DNA of 64,000 nt. It comes from an uncultured archaeon. Lineage in GTDB: Archaea > Thermoproteota > Bathyarchaeia > Bathyarchaeales > Bathycorpusculaceae. Positions 29,725 to 40,215 of this stretch are shown here, in pieces. Location of the stretch: positions 38,024 to 102,023 of the forward strand of contig CAWENF010000026.1 of the NCBI GenBank assembly GCA_963810275.1, given 5' to 3'. Numbering within the stretch: the first letter of the stretch is position 1; every line of letters begins with the position of its first letter. The notes under the pieces were generated by a model that was not told the origin of the DNA, ran no database searches, and saw only the letters and a program-made list of their open reading frames with translations. A program made the translations under genes and the position numbers.

Positions 29725-31134
29725 CTATGGTTGCCATTTGTCGATGATGTATTTCGGAATCTCGCTGCTGTCGCGTGGTCCGACGAGGACTTTCCAGCCA
29801 GAGAGTTCTTCGATTTCGCCGCTGATGCGTGAAGCTTTGCCTGGGCTGATGATTCTGCGGTGTTTAACTTTTTGTTCGATGCCGCTTTGTTTGATTGCTT
29901 CTGCGATTTTCTCTGCAGTGAGTTTGCGTCCTGCAACGCCGCTGTCTATTGCACTGCCTTCTGCGTCGACGACTATGAGGTATGCGTTAGTTTTGCTTGA
30001 TTCAATGTCGGAGGCGACTGTATAGTAGGTTAAGGCGAAGTTGCTTGTGAACATGACTGGACTGTTTTCGTCTGGGGTGCCAATTACTTTGAGACCTGGT
30101 TCGACTGCGACTGGCTTGCGTGGGTCAGTGTAGATATTCTGGCGAAGTACGGTAACTGGAAGTAGGCTCCATCCGTCGTTGCCATGCATGATGATTGCGT
30201 CTGCATAGCGGACAACAAGCATTGATGCGATGTAAGATTCACGCCATTTGATGAGGTCGTCTGCTGTTTCGCCCTTGTTTGCCCATGCAACCATGGGTAT
30301 GCCGAGCAATGGTAAACCTGCGAGTGCGTCGCCGGCTTTGGTGGCTGCGCGTCTCAGCATTGTAAAGTTGTTGAGTGTGTCTTGTAAGCCTTCGTTTGTG
30401 AAGGTACCTGGGTCAAGTACGATATCTTTAACGCCGTACACTGTGAGTGTCTTTGCCAAGGAGACGAGCCCGTTTAGGTCGTTTGGTGAAGATGCCACGA
30501 GGGGTGCGTCGTACATGATTGCGAGTTCAGCCATTTCTTTCCAGTTTTGGGTGGTTGCTGCGTAGAGTAATGGTCGTGCTTTGGGTGCTGCCATTATGCC
30601 TGCTTCCATGACTTGTGGGTTCATGGCGCAGAGAATCAAGGGCAGACCAGTAGTTTCTGAGACTTTCTTGACACATACCTTGAATTTATCTGCGTCGTCA
30701 GAGGTGCAACGGACTGCTATCATGTCGAGTTTAAGGGTGTTGCCGATGTACTCGTAGCTAAAGTTGTCGGTTTTCTTTACGCGTGCAACTACTTCGCTTT
30801 CGGACATTTCATCAGTGACGTCGATTGCAATTGCGGTTGGGTTCTTGTAGGTGAGTTCGTGGCGGTACATAACGAGTTTGCCGCCGATTTTTTTGGCTTT
30901 GTCTCCCACACCGATCGTGACTTCTTTGACTGCTGGTTTAAGCATTTCTTTGAGTGCAGCATATTGTTTTGCGTATTTGGGGTCTAGCAGGGGTTTGCAA
31001 GCGTCAAGTTCAACTTCACGGTTGACTAGCTTGGTGGCAAAAGCCATACAGTTGTCTTGGCCACATTCTTTGCAGTTAGTTTTCGGAAGGTTCTTGTAGA
31101 TGGCGATTGGACTAAGGTCTTTTTTATCTGCCAT
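29725..31134 (-). CDS. cdhE: ACDS complex gamma subunit
   Basis: LPKTNCKECGQDNCMAFA, VMYRHE, NIYTDPRKP, TSNFALTYY. Confidence 0.97.
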   Translation of the reverse strand: MADKKDLSPIAIYKNLPKTNCKECGQDNCMAFATKLVNREVELDACKPLLDPKYAKQYAALKEMLKPAVKEVTIGVGDKAKKIGGKLVMYRHELTYKNPTAIAIDVTDEMSESEVVARVKKTDNFSYEYIGNTLKLDMIAVRCTSDDADKFKVCVKKVSETTGLPLILCAMNPQVMEAGIMAAPKARPLLYAATTQNWKEMAELAIMYDAPLVASSPNDLNGLVSLAKTLTVYGVKDIVLDPGTFTNEGLQDTLNNFTMLRRAATKAGDALAGLPLLGIPMVAWANKGETADDLIKWRESYIASMLVVRYADAIIMHGNDGWSLLPVTVLRQNIYTDPRKPVAVEPGLKVIGTPDENSPVMFTSNFALTYYTVASDIESSKTNAYLIVVDAEGSAIDSGVAGRKLTAEKIAEAIKQSGIEQKVKHRRIISPGKASRISGEIEELSGWKVLVGPRDSSEIPKYIIDKWQP

Positions 31135-31148
31135 TTAAGTCATGTCTC

Positions 31149-32378
31149 CTAAGCTTCCACCTTGACCCAATCCAGAAACTTGGCTGGGTCTACTTTCTTG
31201 TTAGCTGTTAAGTAGTTAGTGACGTCTTTTAGGGTTTTTACTGCTGCGGGGTGCATCATCATGAATAAGTCGACGCCTGCAGTTAGCAATGTGAGGGCTG
31301 TTGTGACTTCCCAAAGTGGACCTCTGAGTTCACGTGGCTCCCACTCCTCGGACATCTTGAGCCAAGCTTCACGTGCTGCCCAGGCGTTGGTTGTACCAGA
31401 GGACATTGGCTGTGCAAGTTCCATGTCACCCATTAAGCCGGCGATGCGTGCGCGTTCCATGTTGGTGAATGCGTAGTCTAAGCCGTAGCCAAGAGCGGCA
31501 GTTGTTAAGTCCATGATTATGTCTTCGCGTGCAAGGTGGTCAAAGAGGTGTCTGTTTAGTTCGCGTGCAAAGTTAAGGTCCATTGGTGTGAATGCGAGGA
31601 CTGCGTGGCCTGCTGGCTTGATGAATTTAGCACATTTTTCGACGTCCATGTCTCGTGTAACTGAGCTGATTAGGAAGCGTTCGCCTGGGAACTGTGCGCA
31701 TACCTCTTCGAAGAGTGCAGTGTCTTTAACTGGGTCACCGCATCCGCCGATAACTAGAGGTACGTCAACTGCCTGTAGGACTTTCTCGATGGTTTTGCAT
31801 GCGTCTTTGGGTGTGGCGTCTTTAAGAAGTGGATCCACGCTGATAAGGTGAAGTGTAACCATGTCTGCGCCAAACTTTTCAACTGCAAGCTTCGCCCATG
31901 CAGCTGGGTCGCCGACGACTTCTTTAACGTGCATCTTAACGGCTTTGGACAGGGGGACTTCCATGTCGAAAACGTCGAGTGTGACAACTGGCTTGTGTGG
32001 CATTGGGTTCTCAAAGGTATAGAAGGCAGGAGATAATTCTCCGCCGATGGTGACTGTTTTGCCGCGTGTGCCGCCTTCGCTTTTAGTTGCGCCTAGTTTA
32101 ACTGATGCGATTTTGTTAGGGTACTTCTCGACTGGTGGCTGGAAGGGAACCTGCAGTAAACTGGTAGGTTTGCCTCCGGGTGCTGCTGCGCCGGGCATTT
32201 TGAGTTTCGGCATGATTTGCGGTACCATGCCTGGCTCAATAAGGATTTGCAGTTCGCTGGTTTCAAGCTGGAAATCTTCCAACTCGATGCTCTTGAACTT
32301 TGCCAGTGCCTCTAAGAGATCTTCAGTTAACTGAAGACCTTCTTCGCTTTTCTTTTTGTCTGTGTCGTGGTGAGTCGT
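31149..32378 (-). CDS. cdhD: ACDS complex delta subunit, apparent ACG start
   Basis: GATKSEGGTR, TTAALGYGLDY, NAWAAREAW, MMHP; frame stays open upstream to ACG at 32378 behind GGTGA. Confidence 0.95.
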   Translation of the reverse strand, partial: TTHHDTDKKKSEEGLQLTEDLLEALAKFKSIELEDFQLETSELQILIEPGMVPQIMPKLKMPGAAAPGGKPTSLLQVPFQPPVEKYPNKIASVKLGATKSEGGTRGKTVTIGGELSPAFYTFENPMPHKPVVTLDVFDMEVPLSKAVKMHVKEVVGDPAAWAKLAVEKFGADMVTLHLISVDPLLKDATPKDACKTIEKVLQAVDVPLVIGGCGDPVKDTALFEEVCAQFPGERFLISSVTRDMDVEKCAKFIKPAGHAVLAFTPMDLNFARELNRHLFDHLAREDIIMDLTTAALGYGLDYAFTNMERARIAGLMGDMELAQPMSSGTTNAWAAREAWLKMSEEWEPRELRGPLWEVTTALTLLTAGVDLFMMMHPAAVKTLKDVTNYLTANKKVDPAKFLDWVKVEA

Positions 32379-32391
32379 TGGAGATCACCGT

Positions 32392-33804
32392 TTACTTTTT
32401 CTTTTCATCCTTGACGGTTTGGATGACGACTTTGTTGGCGTAGATTTTGGCGTCTTTGAGGATGATCTTGAATCCGCCGGCCATGATTGGCAGGGATCCT
32501 GCTGTTGCAACTGGCATCGCGCTTCCTGCTGCTTCCTCGTTGATTGCGAGTGCAGATGTTTCTTCTGCTGCGGGGGCTTCTTCTGCTTCCCATCTCTGAA
32601 CGACTGGGTGATTCTTCTCTTTGAGAAATGCTTTTAGTTCGTCAACGTTTTTAGCGTCTTCTTCAGTTGCGATTTTGTCAACAACGTCTGCTGGAATGAA
32701 TTCTTTGACTTTTTCTTTGACTTCTTTGGGTACCCAAACGATGCGGTTCCAGCCACCGTCTGCTGCGAAGAATTTGCTGCTTCGCATGTATTCGATTGAC
32801 ATTCCGTGGAATCCGTCAACTTGTCGTCCGCCTGCTGCGGAGTCTGCTAAGGTGCTGAATGGTAAGCCGTTTACTGCTGCGCCTTTAAAGTTGCGTTGAA
32901 CGACACCAAGTCCGTCGACTTCTGGGATGTAGAATGTTATTGCTTCGAAGCATCCGCATGAAGTGTGTGGATAGTCAAATGCGGTGTAGAGCCAGACTTT
33001 GTTTACTTCGCCCATGCTGCGTTGTTTTGCTGCTTCGTTGACGCCGCTGAATTCGCCTTTTTCCTCGTTAATAATTTCGCCTCTTGGAATTGCGAAGACT
33101 GGACCCTTGGGGTCAATGCTTGCTGAGGCTTTGCCGTCGAACCAGCTGATGGCACCGCAGTTGCTGTATCTTTGTGGAGTAATAACGCAGACGTGGCTTG
33201 GGGCAAATGACTGGCAGAGTGCACAGCCATAGAATTCGGAAACTTCAGAATCTTTTAGGCCTCTAGCTTTTGCGTCACGTGCTTCGTAATCTTGCATTGC
33301 TTCAGGGGTCATTTTGTCTAGTGTTGCCGGGTCTGTTATGAAGGTAACCTGCACCTTCTCAACAATTGGCAATTCGCTCTTAAAGAGACGGTAGACAACT
33401 TTGCCGATTGGTTCAAAGCTGTTAAGGCCTTTCTGGAAAGCTTTCTTGCCGATACGAATCCAGATGTCATAGCGCTGGTTTAAGTGCATGAAGCCTTCGA
33501 TGTAGTTGAGGTAACCGTGAATACGCCTTTCAAGGACACCTTCAAGACCTGCGTCGAGTTTTTCGCCTGCTGCTTCAATAAGGATACCGAATGGGTATGC
33601 GCCGCCTTCCTTTAGGTCTTTTAAGTCTGGACCGATAATGGTGATTTTTCCATCTTCGATCTCGTTCATGGGTTTTACTTTTGCCAGTTCAAACTTTTGT
33701 TTGACTGTCGGTCCGCCGAGTTCGACTTGCATGTCGTTTCTGCGGATACGTTCGCCTTCGTATATTACGCCGACGTCTACAGGGATATCTTTAAACATTG
33801 ACAT
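32392..33804 (-). CDS. cdhC: ACDS complex beta subunit (acetyl-CoA synthase)
   Basis: YEGERIR, HLNQR, CALCQSFAP, PHTSCGCFE. Confidence 0.98.
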   Translation of the reverse strand: MSMFKDIPVDVGVIYEGERIRRNDMQVELGGPTVKQKFELAKVKPMNEIEDGKITIIGPDLKDLKEGGAYPFGILIEAAGEKLDAGLEGVLERRIHGYLNYIEGFMHLNQRYDIWIRIGKKAFQKGLNSFEPIGKVVYRLFKSELPIVEKVQVTFITDPATLDKMTPEAMQDYEARDAKARGLKDSEVSEFYGCALCQSFAPSHVCVITPQRYSNCGAISWFDGKASASIDPKGPVFAIPRGEIINEEKGEFSGVNEAAKQRSMGEVNKVWLYTAFDYPHTSCGCFEAITFYIPEVDGLGVVQRNFKGAAVNGLPFSTLADSAAGGRQVDGFHGMSIEYMRSSKFFAADGGWNRIVWVPKEVKEKVKEFIPADVVDKIATEEDAKNVDELKAFLKEKNHPVVQRWEAEEAPAAEETSALAINEEAAGSAMPVATAGSLPIMAGGFKIILKDAKIYANKVVIQTVKDEKKK

Positions 33805-33808
33805 TTTC

Positions 33809-34354
33809 TTAGTTTCCTCCTTCATTAAATTTTGAGGTCATTACTTTGAGGTTTTCAGCCCATACTTCTGCTCCTGCATTGGGGAAGGACCAGCTTGCGT
33901 GGGCGTGATAGGTGTTGTCAAGAGTCATGGTTTTGAGGTCTGGTGCGAAGTGTTTGAGTCCCGAGAGGATCAAAGCTTCCATATAGTAGGGTAAGCCCAC
34001 GTACATGACTAGGTCTGGGTGGCCTTTGCCGTCCAGTCCCATCCAAGTTGGGTCTACTACTCGGTTGCTGATATCCATTGCGTTCATGAAGCCTGCTGGG
34101 GTGTAACCGCGTTTGACAAATTCGCCGACTATGTGTGCGGTTGCAACAACTGGGACTTTGCTTGCTTTTGCGAGGTCAATGATGAAGTCAATGACGGGTT
34201 TGCCGTCCAACTGTCTTGCGACGACATTGCTGCCCACAATAAGAAGGGGGCGTTGGGCCCGTTTGATCATTGCTACGGCTATCTCGGGTTTTTGTATTGG
34301 GTTTGCTTTCTTAGTTGCAGCTATTTCTGCACATTGCCATGGTTCACAGGACAT
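33809..34354 (-). CDS. cdhB: ACDS complex epsilon subunit
   Basis: IKRAQRPLLIVG, WMGLDGKG, LKHFAP; lies between cdhA and cdhC. Confidence 0.95.
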   Translation of the reverse strand: MSCEPWQCAEIAATKKANPIQKPEIAVAMIKRAQRPLLIVGSNVVARQLDGKPVIDFIIDLAKASKVPVVATAHIVGEFVKRGYTPAGFMNAMDISNRVVDPTWMGLDGKGHPDLVMYVGLPYYMEALILSGLKHFAPDLKTMTLDNTYHAHASWSFPNAGAEVWAENLKVMTSKFNEGGN

Positions 34355-34370
34355 AATTTTTCTCCTCCAT

Positions 34371-36719
34371 TTACTCCTTTACCTTTCTGACCATTCTAGG
34401 AAGCATTGTTGGGTCCGGAATTATTGATTCCTTCCAGTTATGCTCTTTGAGGATTTTGGTGATTTCATCTTTCATTGTAATGGGTATGTCTGCTGGTGTT
34501 CTGATGAACTGGTGGATGTCTGCTGGCATGACTCCGTAGTGGCGTTTGTGCAGGTCGATGTAGTGAGTCAGTTTACCCATACGTCCCTTCCATGTGTCGT
34601 TTGGTCTAAGGCAGAGTTTTGCAATCATAACCATTGCTTCTTGTGGAGTTTCGACAGTTTGGAAGAGGTGTTCTGGTGCTGGACCGACGTTTACTGTGTC
34701 GCCTGTGCGTGCGTCTAGGATTTCCCAGTTTTCTGGTTTGTCCGATCTGCCTAAGAGCATGCGGCGGTATTTGGCTCCGTGCGGGCCGACTAGAACTGGA
34801 ACACCAAGGCTCCAGAAGCCGGATGCGATTGAGGCTGCTTTCTGTGAGTATGCGCCCCAAGCTAAGCCTACTGCACCGACACGGTTGTGGATGTAGTCAG
34901 CTATTTCCTCGTAGTTACCTCTGAGGTTCCGTTTTGCAAAGATGTTTGCTACTTTGATTGCTGCGCCTGCGATGTGTGGATTAGAGACACAGGAGCCGAC
35001 GTTGAGAACTCCTCCTGCTTCGAATCCGCCTGGGAATTCTTCGTAGAGTGTTTTGCCTTCTTCGTTTTTGTATGAGCCAGCTGACATTGCTGAACATCCG
35101 GATGTTACAACGATATATCTGCGTAAAGCGAATTCTCTTGCGATGTCGTAGACGTCTTTGCCGCCGTTTGGATAGTTTGCGCATCCGACTAAAGCAACGA
35201 TGCCTGGAATTTCGCCGAGCACAATGGGTCCGCCGACGCTTCTAATTTCGACATCGCCAACTGCTCCTCTGCCTGAGCGGCAATAGTTGGTTTCTGCAAG
35301 CATCTTCTTTTCGCCGACTTTGAGGATATAGCTGTGGATTTCGAGTTTAGCTGGGCACGCTTCTTCGCATCTTCCGCATCCGATGCATGCTTCGTAGAGG
35401 TCTGCTAGTTTTGAGTAGTCGCCTTCTGATGCTGCTTTGATTGCAGGTTCGATTGCAAGGTCTTGTGGGCAGCTTCTTTGGCATAGGTTGCAGTGGCGGC
35501 ATGCTTTGGAGAGCTCTTTGATTTGTTCGAGTTCTGGGAGTGACTTCATCTTCTTGCGGATTGGTGCTACTGCTTGTGCGACACGGACTGCGACTTCGCC
35601 GACTTTTTCTGGGTCAAGGATAAGGACACCTGGGACTCTGTAGTTAACAAGGTCGTCAACAATTTGGTCAGCTGGGTCGTTTGTGCGGTCTTTGTAGCCG
35701 ATGCAGTTCTTCTCTGAGGCTGCGATTACTGGTGCCTTAACGCGTTCGGCTTCTAGTGATGCGTCTGTGCGGACACATTGTTCGTCAAGCACAACTACGT
35801 CTGCGAATCCGCCGCGAATGAATCGAAGTTCCCAAGAGATTGGGCCGACGATTTTTGCGCGTTCAAAATATCTTGTGTTGTCAATGGCAGTGCAGCATAA
35901 GCCAACGACTTCCATTTTATCGTCAAGTTTCTGTTCTTTCATGAAGTCAATGATGCCGACTGAGGGAATTACGTTGTGGCCGATGCACATGATAACTGGT
36001 TTGGTTGTATCTACCGTGCCGATACCCATCTCAATGAGGGGTGCTTCGGGGTCTGCCTTGGGGAAGCCCAATGTTGAAATTTGAGCAATATCTGCGATTT
36101 CCATGCCAACCTGGTCCATTCTGCCTGCATGGAATGCTTTGGACTCAAAATCTAAGTTGTTGGCTTCTTGACCTGTGTGGGCTGCTGAGAGGCAGTGGGT
36201 AATTTGTGACTCTGTGTATGCTAGGATGTCATCTAAGTCGCCGATTGTTTCTGGTTTAACTCCGGTAATAAGCCTGGTGACTGGAGCTTCAACCTTGACA
36301 TTTAATCCACCTACATTGAGGGGAAATTTGCGACCGTAGACTTCAATTAAGTGGTCGACTACGTGGCGAGCGTGTGCGTTGTGAGTTGCAGCACCAATGC
36401 AGCATGCAATAAGCACAATACGCGAGGACTGGTCTGCTATGTTTAGTCCGCATGCACCGCGTTTTCCTGCTGTTAAGTCACATTTACCATATGTGCATAA
36501 ACAGCAGAGGTCACAGTCGGGCATATAGAAGGGTTTGTATTTGTTGAGCAATTTCATATCCCAGTCGCGGAGCGTACTGATATGGGGCATTGGGGTTGGA
36601 CCCATTGGTTCATCCCAGTTGTCTGTGACAACTTTACCAAGGGACAACTCGAGGTTCTTGATAAGACCGGCGTTGGTCTTCATTTCACCTATTTTTACAC
36701 GGACGTTTTTACTAGTCAA
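34371..36719 (-). CDS. cdhA: ACDS complex alpha subunit (CO dehydrogenase)
   Basis: CCLCTYGKCDL, GHNV, CCTA, DEQCVR, two ferredoxin motifs, GSCVSN, SQKAA; TTG at 36719. Confidence 0.98.
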   Translation of the reverse strand: MTSKNVRVKIGEMKTNAGLIKNLELSLGKVVTDNWDEPMGPTPMPHISTLRDWDMKLLNKYKPFYMPDCDLCCLCTYGKCDLTAGKRGACGLNIADQSSRIVLIACCIGAATHNAHARHVVDHLIEVYGRKFPLNVGGLNVKVEAPVTRLITGVKPETIGDLDDILAYTESQITHCLSAAHTGQEANNLDFESKAFHAGRMDQVGMEIADIAQISTLGFPKADPEAPLIEMGIGTVDTTKPVIMCIGHNVIPSVGIIDFMKEQKLDDKMEVVGLCCTAIDNTRYFERAKIVGPISWELRFIRGGFADVVVLDEQCVRTDASLEAERVKAPVIAASEKNCIGYKDRTNDPADQIVDDLVNYRVPGVLILDPEKVGEVAVRVAQAVAPIRKKMKSLPELEQIKELSKACRHCNLCQRSCPQDLAIEPAIKAASEGDYSKLADLYEACIGCGRCEEACPAKLEIHSYILKVGEKKMLAETNYCRSGRGAVGDVEIRSVGGPIVLGEIPGIVALVGCANYPNGGKDVYDIAREFALRRYIVVTSGCSAMSAGSYKNEEGKTLYEEFPGGFEAGGVLNVGSCVSNPHIAGAAIKVANIFAKRNLRGNYEEIADYIHNRVGAVGLAWGAYSQKAASIASGFWSLGVPVLVGPHGAKYRRMLLGRSDKPENWEILDARTGDTVNVGPAPEHLFQTVETPQEAMVMIAKLCLRPNDTWKGRMGKLTHYIDLHKRHYGVMPADIHQFIRTPADIPITMKDEITKILKEHNWKESIIPDPTMLPRMVRKVKE

Positions 36720-36856
36720 ATCTGATAACCTCTGTAAAGGTTTAGTATGAGACTGAATTACAATCTTTTTAAACCTTTCCAGATTCTTTATGCAAAATTC
36801 AGGTTCCAATTTATGGAATGTTAGGTTTAGGAAAAATTGTGTAAAAAAAAAGGCGG

Positions 36857-37621
36857 TTAAAGGTAACCTAAATTTTCCAGTATTTTTTTGACGGAAAGGT
36901 ATGCTTTGTTATCATTGGGTAACGATAATAGTGATTCTCCGTCCAAAACATGTTGGTCCAGCTGTTCGTCAGCCTCGATTTTCCCCAAATACTTGAATTT
37001 AAGATCCTCTTCAGCTTGCTTACCGCGTTCTTCTGGGAAGCGGTAGCCGCCAATTAAGTAAAAGTTTTCAAATTTCATGTCAACTTCTTTAGCAATTTTA
37101 TAAGCTCTAAGCACATGGTCTTTTGACTTTTTGGAGTGGTCCAAAATGTCGAAAACATCGTTTACAGAGGAAGTTATTCGCCTGTTAAGGTTCTCTAAGC
37201 CTGCAGGTGAGTCGACGATAACATACTTATAGGTTTTAGTGAGGTTCTCCAACGCGTTTTTTAGTGCAGTATTGGGCATGCAGTAGCAGCCTTCAACCCA
37301 CTTGTTACCGACCGCCATAAAGTCGAAGTGTTCGCTTTCGTAGAGTCCCCCTTCCCAGATACGGGCTTCAATTCGTTGCGCTGGGGGGACGCCGACTGTG
37401 GTTCCGCCGCTGTCGATGAAGGTGGCTACGATGAGGTCAGCTATGGTTGATTTACCTGCTTCTTTTAAGTCTACACCTAGCATTTCGGCTAGATTTTGGT
37501 CTGGGTCAGCGTCAACCAGAAGAATTGGGGATTGTTTTGCTTCGATGAATGCTTTAGCCATAAGGGCGGTAAAGCTGGATTTGCCGGTACCACCACGGCC
37601 GACTGTGACAAGAGTTTTCAT
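36857..37621 (-). CDS. cooC: CooC/AcsF-type nickel insertion ATPase
   Basis: GRGGTGKS, DADPDQNL, GCYC, DSPAGLE. Confidence 0.92.
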   Translation of the reverse strand: MKTLVTVGRGGTGKSSFTALMAKAFIEAKQSPILLVDADPDQNLAEMLGVDLKEAGKSTIADLIVATFIDSGGTTVGVPPAQRIEARIWEGGLYESEHFDFMAVGNKWVEGCYCMPNTALKNALENLTKTYKYVIVDSPAGLENLNRRITSSVNDVFDILDHSKKSKDHVLRAYKIAKEVDMKFENFYLIGGYRFPEERGKQAEEDLKFKYLGKIEADEQLDQHVLDGESLLSLPNDNKAYLSVKKILENLGYL

Positions 37622-37689
37622 AACATAACAAACCTCGACGAGTTATTCATTGTTTAAGCGAAAGCATGCATATATTTTGTGTGGTTTGT

Positions 37690-38238
37690 TTAGAGAAGTT
37701 TACCGATTCTTTTGGCATCTTCTTTAATAGTTTGCAGTTGTGCTTGGGTGGGTTTGCCTCTAACGTCGCCACATCTGCCAAAGGTAGCATGTTCAACTGA
37801 ACCTATAAAGTCGCTTAACACATATAATTCATCTATGATTGTGAAGCCTAAATGTTCAAAGTATTGCCCGATAACCTTGCCTACGGGTTTGGCTTCGTTT
37901 ATGCCTGTGTGCGGTCCTGAATAGGTTACGAATATTAGGGCGTTTTTGCCTTCTCGTTTTGGTGAGCAGGTTTTTATTTCGCCTTTTTGACGGTACGTGG
38001 CGAATTTTTTCTCCAGAAAATCATTCATGGGTTTCGGTGGATGCCAAGAGTAGGAGGGGCTGCCAATACAGACTAAGTCGTAGTCTAGGTAATCAAGTGT
38101 TTGAGCGTCTTCAGGCTTAACACAAGTAACTATTACTCCGGCTTCTTCTAAGCCCTGTTTTATGGAGTTGGCAACTTTTTCAGTATTACCTGTTTTTGAC
38201 CAATAAACAATTAGTGCTAACTTCATTCCCTTCACCAT
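37690..38238 (-). CDS. Flavodoxin-like protein
   Basis: YWSKTGNTEKVA, TYSGPHTG; paralog of 44020..44583. Confidence 0.85.
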   Translation of the reverse strand: MVKGMKLALIVYWSKTGNTEKVANSIKQGLEEAGVIVTCVKPEDAQTLDYLDYDLVCIGSPSYSWHPPKPMNDFLEKKFATYRQKGEIKTCSPKREGKNALIFVTYSGPHTGINEAKPVGKVIGQYFEHLGFTIIDELYVLSDFIGSVEHATFGRCGDVRGKPTQAQLQTIKEDAKRIGKLL

Positions 38239-38263
38239 ATTTTTGTGTGGAGTCCAACTTATA

Positions 38264-38590
38264 TTAGGGTGGTGCTTGGGGGTTTTCGGATGAATCCATA
38301 TTGATTTGGATGGGTCTGCCTTCGGTTAGGGCTCGTGCGGTTTTTTTGCGTGCGCTTTGCAGTAGTCGCCAGACGGTTCCGCGAGATATGCCCATTTTTT
38401 GGCCTGCTTCTTCTTGGCTGAGTCCTTCGAGGTCTACGAGTCTTTGGGCTTCTATTTCTGCTAGATCTAAAAGGATTGGGACCGGGTTTTTGGGAGTTTG
38501 GGGTGTGAAGGTGTTGGTATTAGGGGGGTGGGCTATGGTGATTGGTTTTGGGTTTCTGCCTCTTTTTCCATGTCTGTGTCGCCAGCCCAT
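38264..38590 (-). CDS. DUF134 family predicted DNA-binding protein
   Basis: EIEAQRLVDLEGLSQEEAGQKMGISRGTVWRLLQSARKK. Confidence 0.92.
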   Translation of the reverse strand: MGWRHRHGKRGRNPKPITIAHPPNTNTFTPQTPKNPVPILLDLAEIEAQRLVDLEGLSQEEAGQKMGISRGTVWRLLQSARKKTARALTEGRPIQINMDSSENPQAPP

Positions 38591-38699
38591 TGTTGTTCGG
38601 TATTTGCGTAGTTTGCGGTACTTTTATATATTTTTGTGCATTATCACATAATTATATTGTGTGCTTATGCACATAAATAGCCCGAGGTGAAAACAAAAT

Positions 38700-38960
38700 A
38701 TGAGAAATGGAAGAGGAATGGGAAACTGGTCCGGAAACGGGCCCTACAGCAACTTACCACCCTGGCAACGACCCGGATGGCTCTACGGCAGAGGTGCCTG
38801 CTACTACCTATATGGTGCACCATACACAACGCCACCATCAACCCCTCAAGATGAGACAGCCCTATTAAGCCAACAAAGAACCACCGTAGAAGCACAAATA
38901 AAAGCCCTACAAGACGCACTCACAAAAATCCAAGAAAGATTGGACGCACTCAACAAGTAG
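38700..38960 (+). CDS. DUF5320-like Gly/Arg-rich small protein with a C-terminal coiled coil
   Basis: GNGPYSNLPPWQRPGW..GRG; coiled-coil tail; GAGGTGA RBS. Confidence 0.75.
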   Translation: MRNGRGMGNWSGNGPYSNLPPWQRPGWLYGRGACYYLYGAPYTTPPSTPQDETALLSQQRTTVEAQIKALQDALTKIQERLDALNK

Positions 38961-39007
38961 CCCTTTCTTTAAAAAAGAAAAAGCAGAGGCATTAGTGGCA
39001 CAAGCCG

Positions 39008-39295
39008 CTAAGCTTTCTTTTTTATTTCTTCGACTTCTTTTTTGCCTTCCTCTATTTCTATAACATGTTCTGCATCGACAGACAGGAGCAATGCCTCGAA
39101 TTCGCCGACGTGCGCTTTCTCTTCTTTGGCTATGTCCAAAAGCACCTTTTTTATAACTGGATTCTTGGCAAGTGCAGCCATTTGCTCGTATAAATTAATA
39201 GCGTCAAACTCTGCGATGATGCCTGCTCTGAGGATTTCTTTGTCCAAGTTTTCTTTGCTGATTTTTTGTAGGTCAAAAGGGATTTTCGACAACAA
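39008..39295 (-). CDS. Encapsulated-ferritin-like (Flp/EncFtn) protein
   Basis: AEFDAINLYEQ..DIAKEEKAHVGEF. Confidence 0.85.
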   Translation of the reverse strand: MLSKIPFDLQKISKENLDKEILRAGIIAEFDAINLYEQMAALAKNPVIKKVLLDIAKEEKAHVGEFEALLLSVDAEHVIEIEEGKKEVEEIKKKA

Positions 39296-39351
39296 ACCAT
39301 TTTCACCTCCTTTAGGCTGGTTTTTTATATGATATTGCTTTCAAGCAACCG

Positions 39352-40215
39352 CTATTTAATGTTAACAGGCATCCTGTCCCAGATGGCTTCTATGGCTTTG
39401 GCTGCGTTGCCGCCGGGGGCATACTCGATGATTGTTTTGCCGTCAACCATGGCTTTTGTGACTTTTGGGTCAAATGGGATTTTGCCTAAAACCTCAATGT
39501 TGTGTAAGTTGCAGTATGCCTCGATTTTTTTGGTGTTTTCTAAGTTCACATCAAACATGTTAATACAAACATATGGTTGGATCTTAAAGTGATTTAGTAG
39601 TTCCAAAACCCGTCCAAGATCATGGATTCCAGACAGGGTGGATTCAGTTACAACTAAAGCTGCGTCTACGCCTGAAATTGAGGCGATGACGGGGCAGCCG
39701 ATGCCTGGGGAACCGTCGATTAGTATGAGGTCTATGTTGTGTTTGGTGACGAGGATTTTTGCGTTCTGACGCACCAATGTAACAAGTTTGCCAGAGTTGG
39801 CTTCGCCGGGGTTTAACAGTGCATGGGACATGTATCCGTGATCGGTTTTGGAAAGGTATGAGTTCCCTGAAACGCGATCTTTGAGAGATAATGCTTCCGA
39901 GGGGCAAAACGCCACGCACACACCGCAGCCTTCACACGCAACTGGGTCCACTGAGAAGCTATCGTTTATGGCATAGAATCGGCAAAGTTTTTTGCAAAGC
40001 CCACAATTCACGCATTTTGTGTTGTCTTGCACTGCGACTTTTGAGCCTACAAACTTCTGAGTTTCAATGATTTCTGGATGCAGAAGCATGTGTAAGTCAG
40101 GAGCATCTACGTCGCAGTCAGCCACCACGGCTTTTTTCGCCAAAACCGCAAAGCACGCGGTTATAGAGGTTTTACCGGTGCCGCCTTTGCCGCTTAAAAC
40201 TACAATCTGCTTCAA
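39352..40215 (-). CDS. MinD-superfamily ATPase with an inserted ferredoxin domain (COG1149)
   Basis: SGKGGTGKT, DCDVDAP, CVNCGLC, CEGCGVC, NSGKLV, PGIGCP. Confidence 0.93.
   Translation of the reverse strand: MKQIVVLSGKGGTGKTSITACFAVLAKKAVVADCDVDAPDLHMLLHPEIIETQKFVGSKVAVQDNTKCVNCGLCKKLCRFYAINDSFSVDPVACEGCGVCVAFCPSEALSLKDRVSGNSYLSKTDHGYMSHALLNPGEANSGKLVTLVRQNAKILVTKHNIDLILIDGSPGIGCPVIASISGVDAALVVTESTLSGIHDLGRVLELLNHFKIQPYVCINMFDVNLENTKKIEAYCNLHNIEVLGKIPFDPKVTKAMVDGKTIIEYAPGGNAAKAIEAIWDRMPVNIK

Noticed and set aside
23427-36719. ftr plus cdh as evidence of methanogenesis
   Set aside because: No mcr or mtr in the window; these genes also serve the archaeal Wood-Ljungdahl pathway
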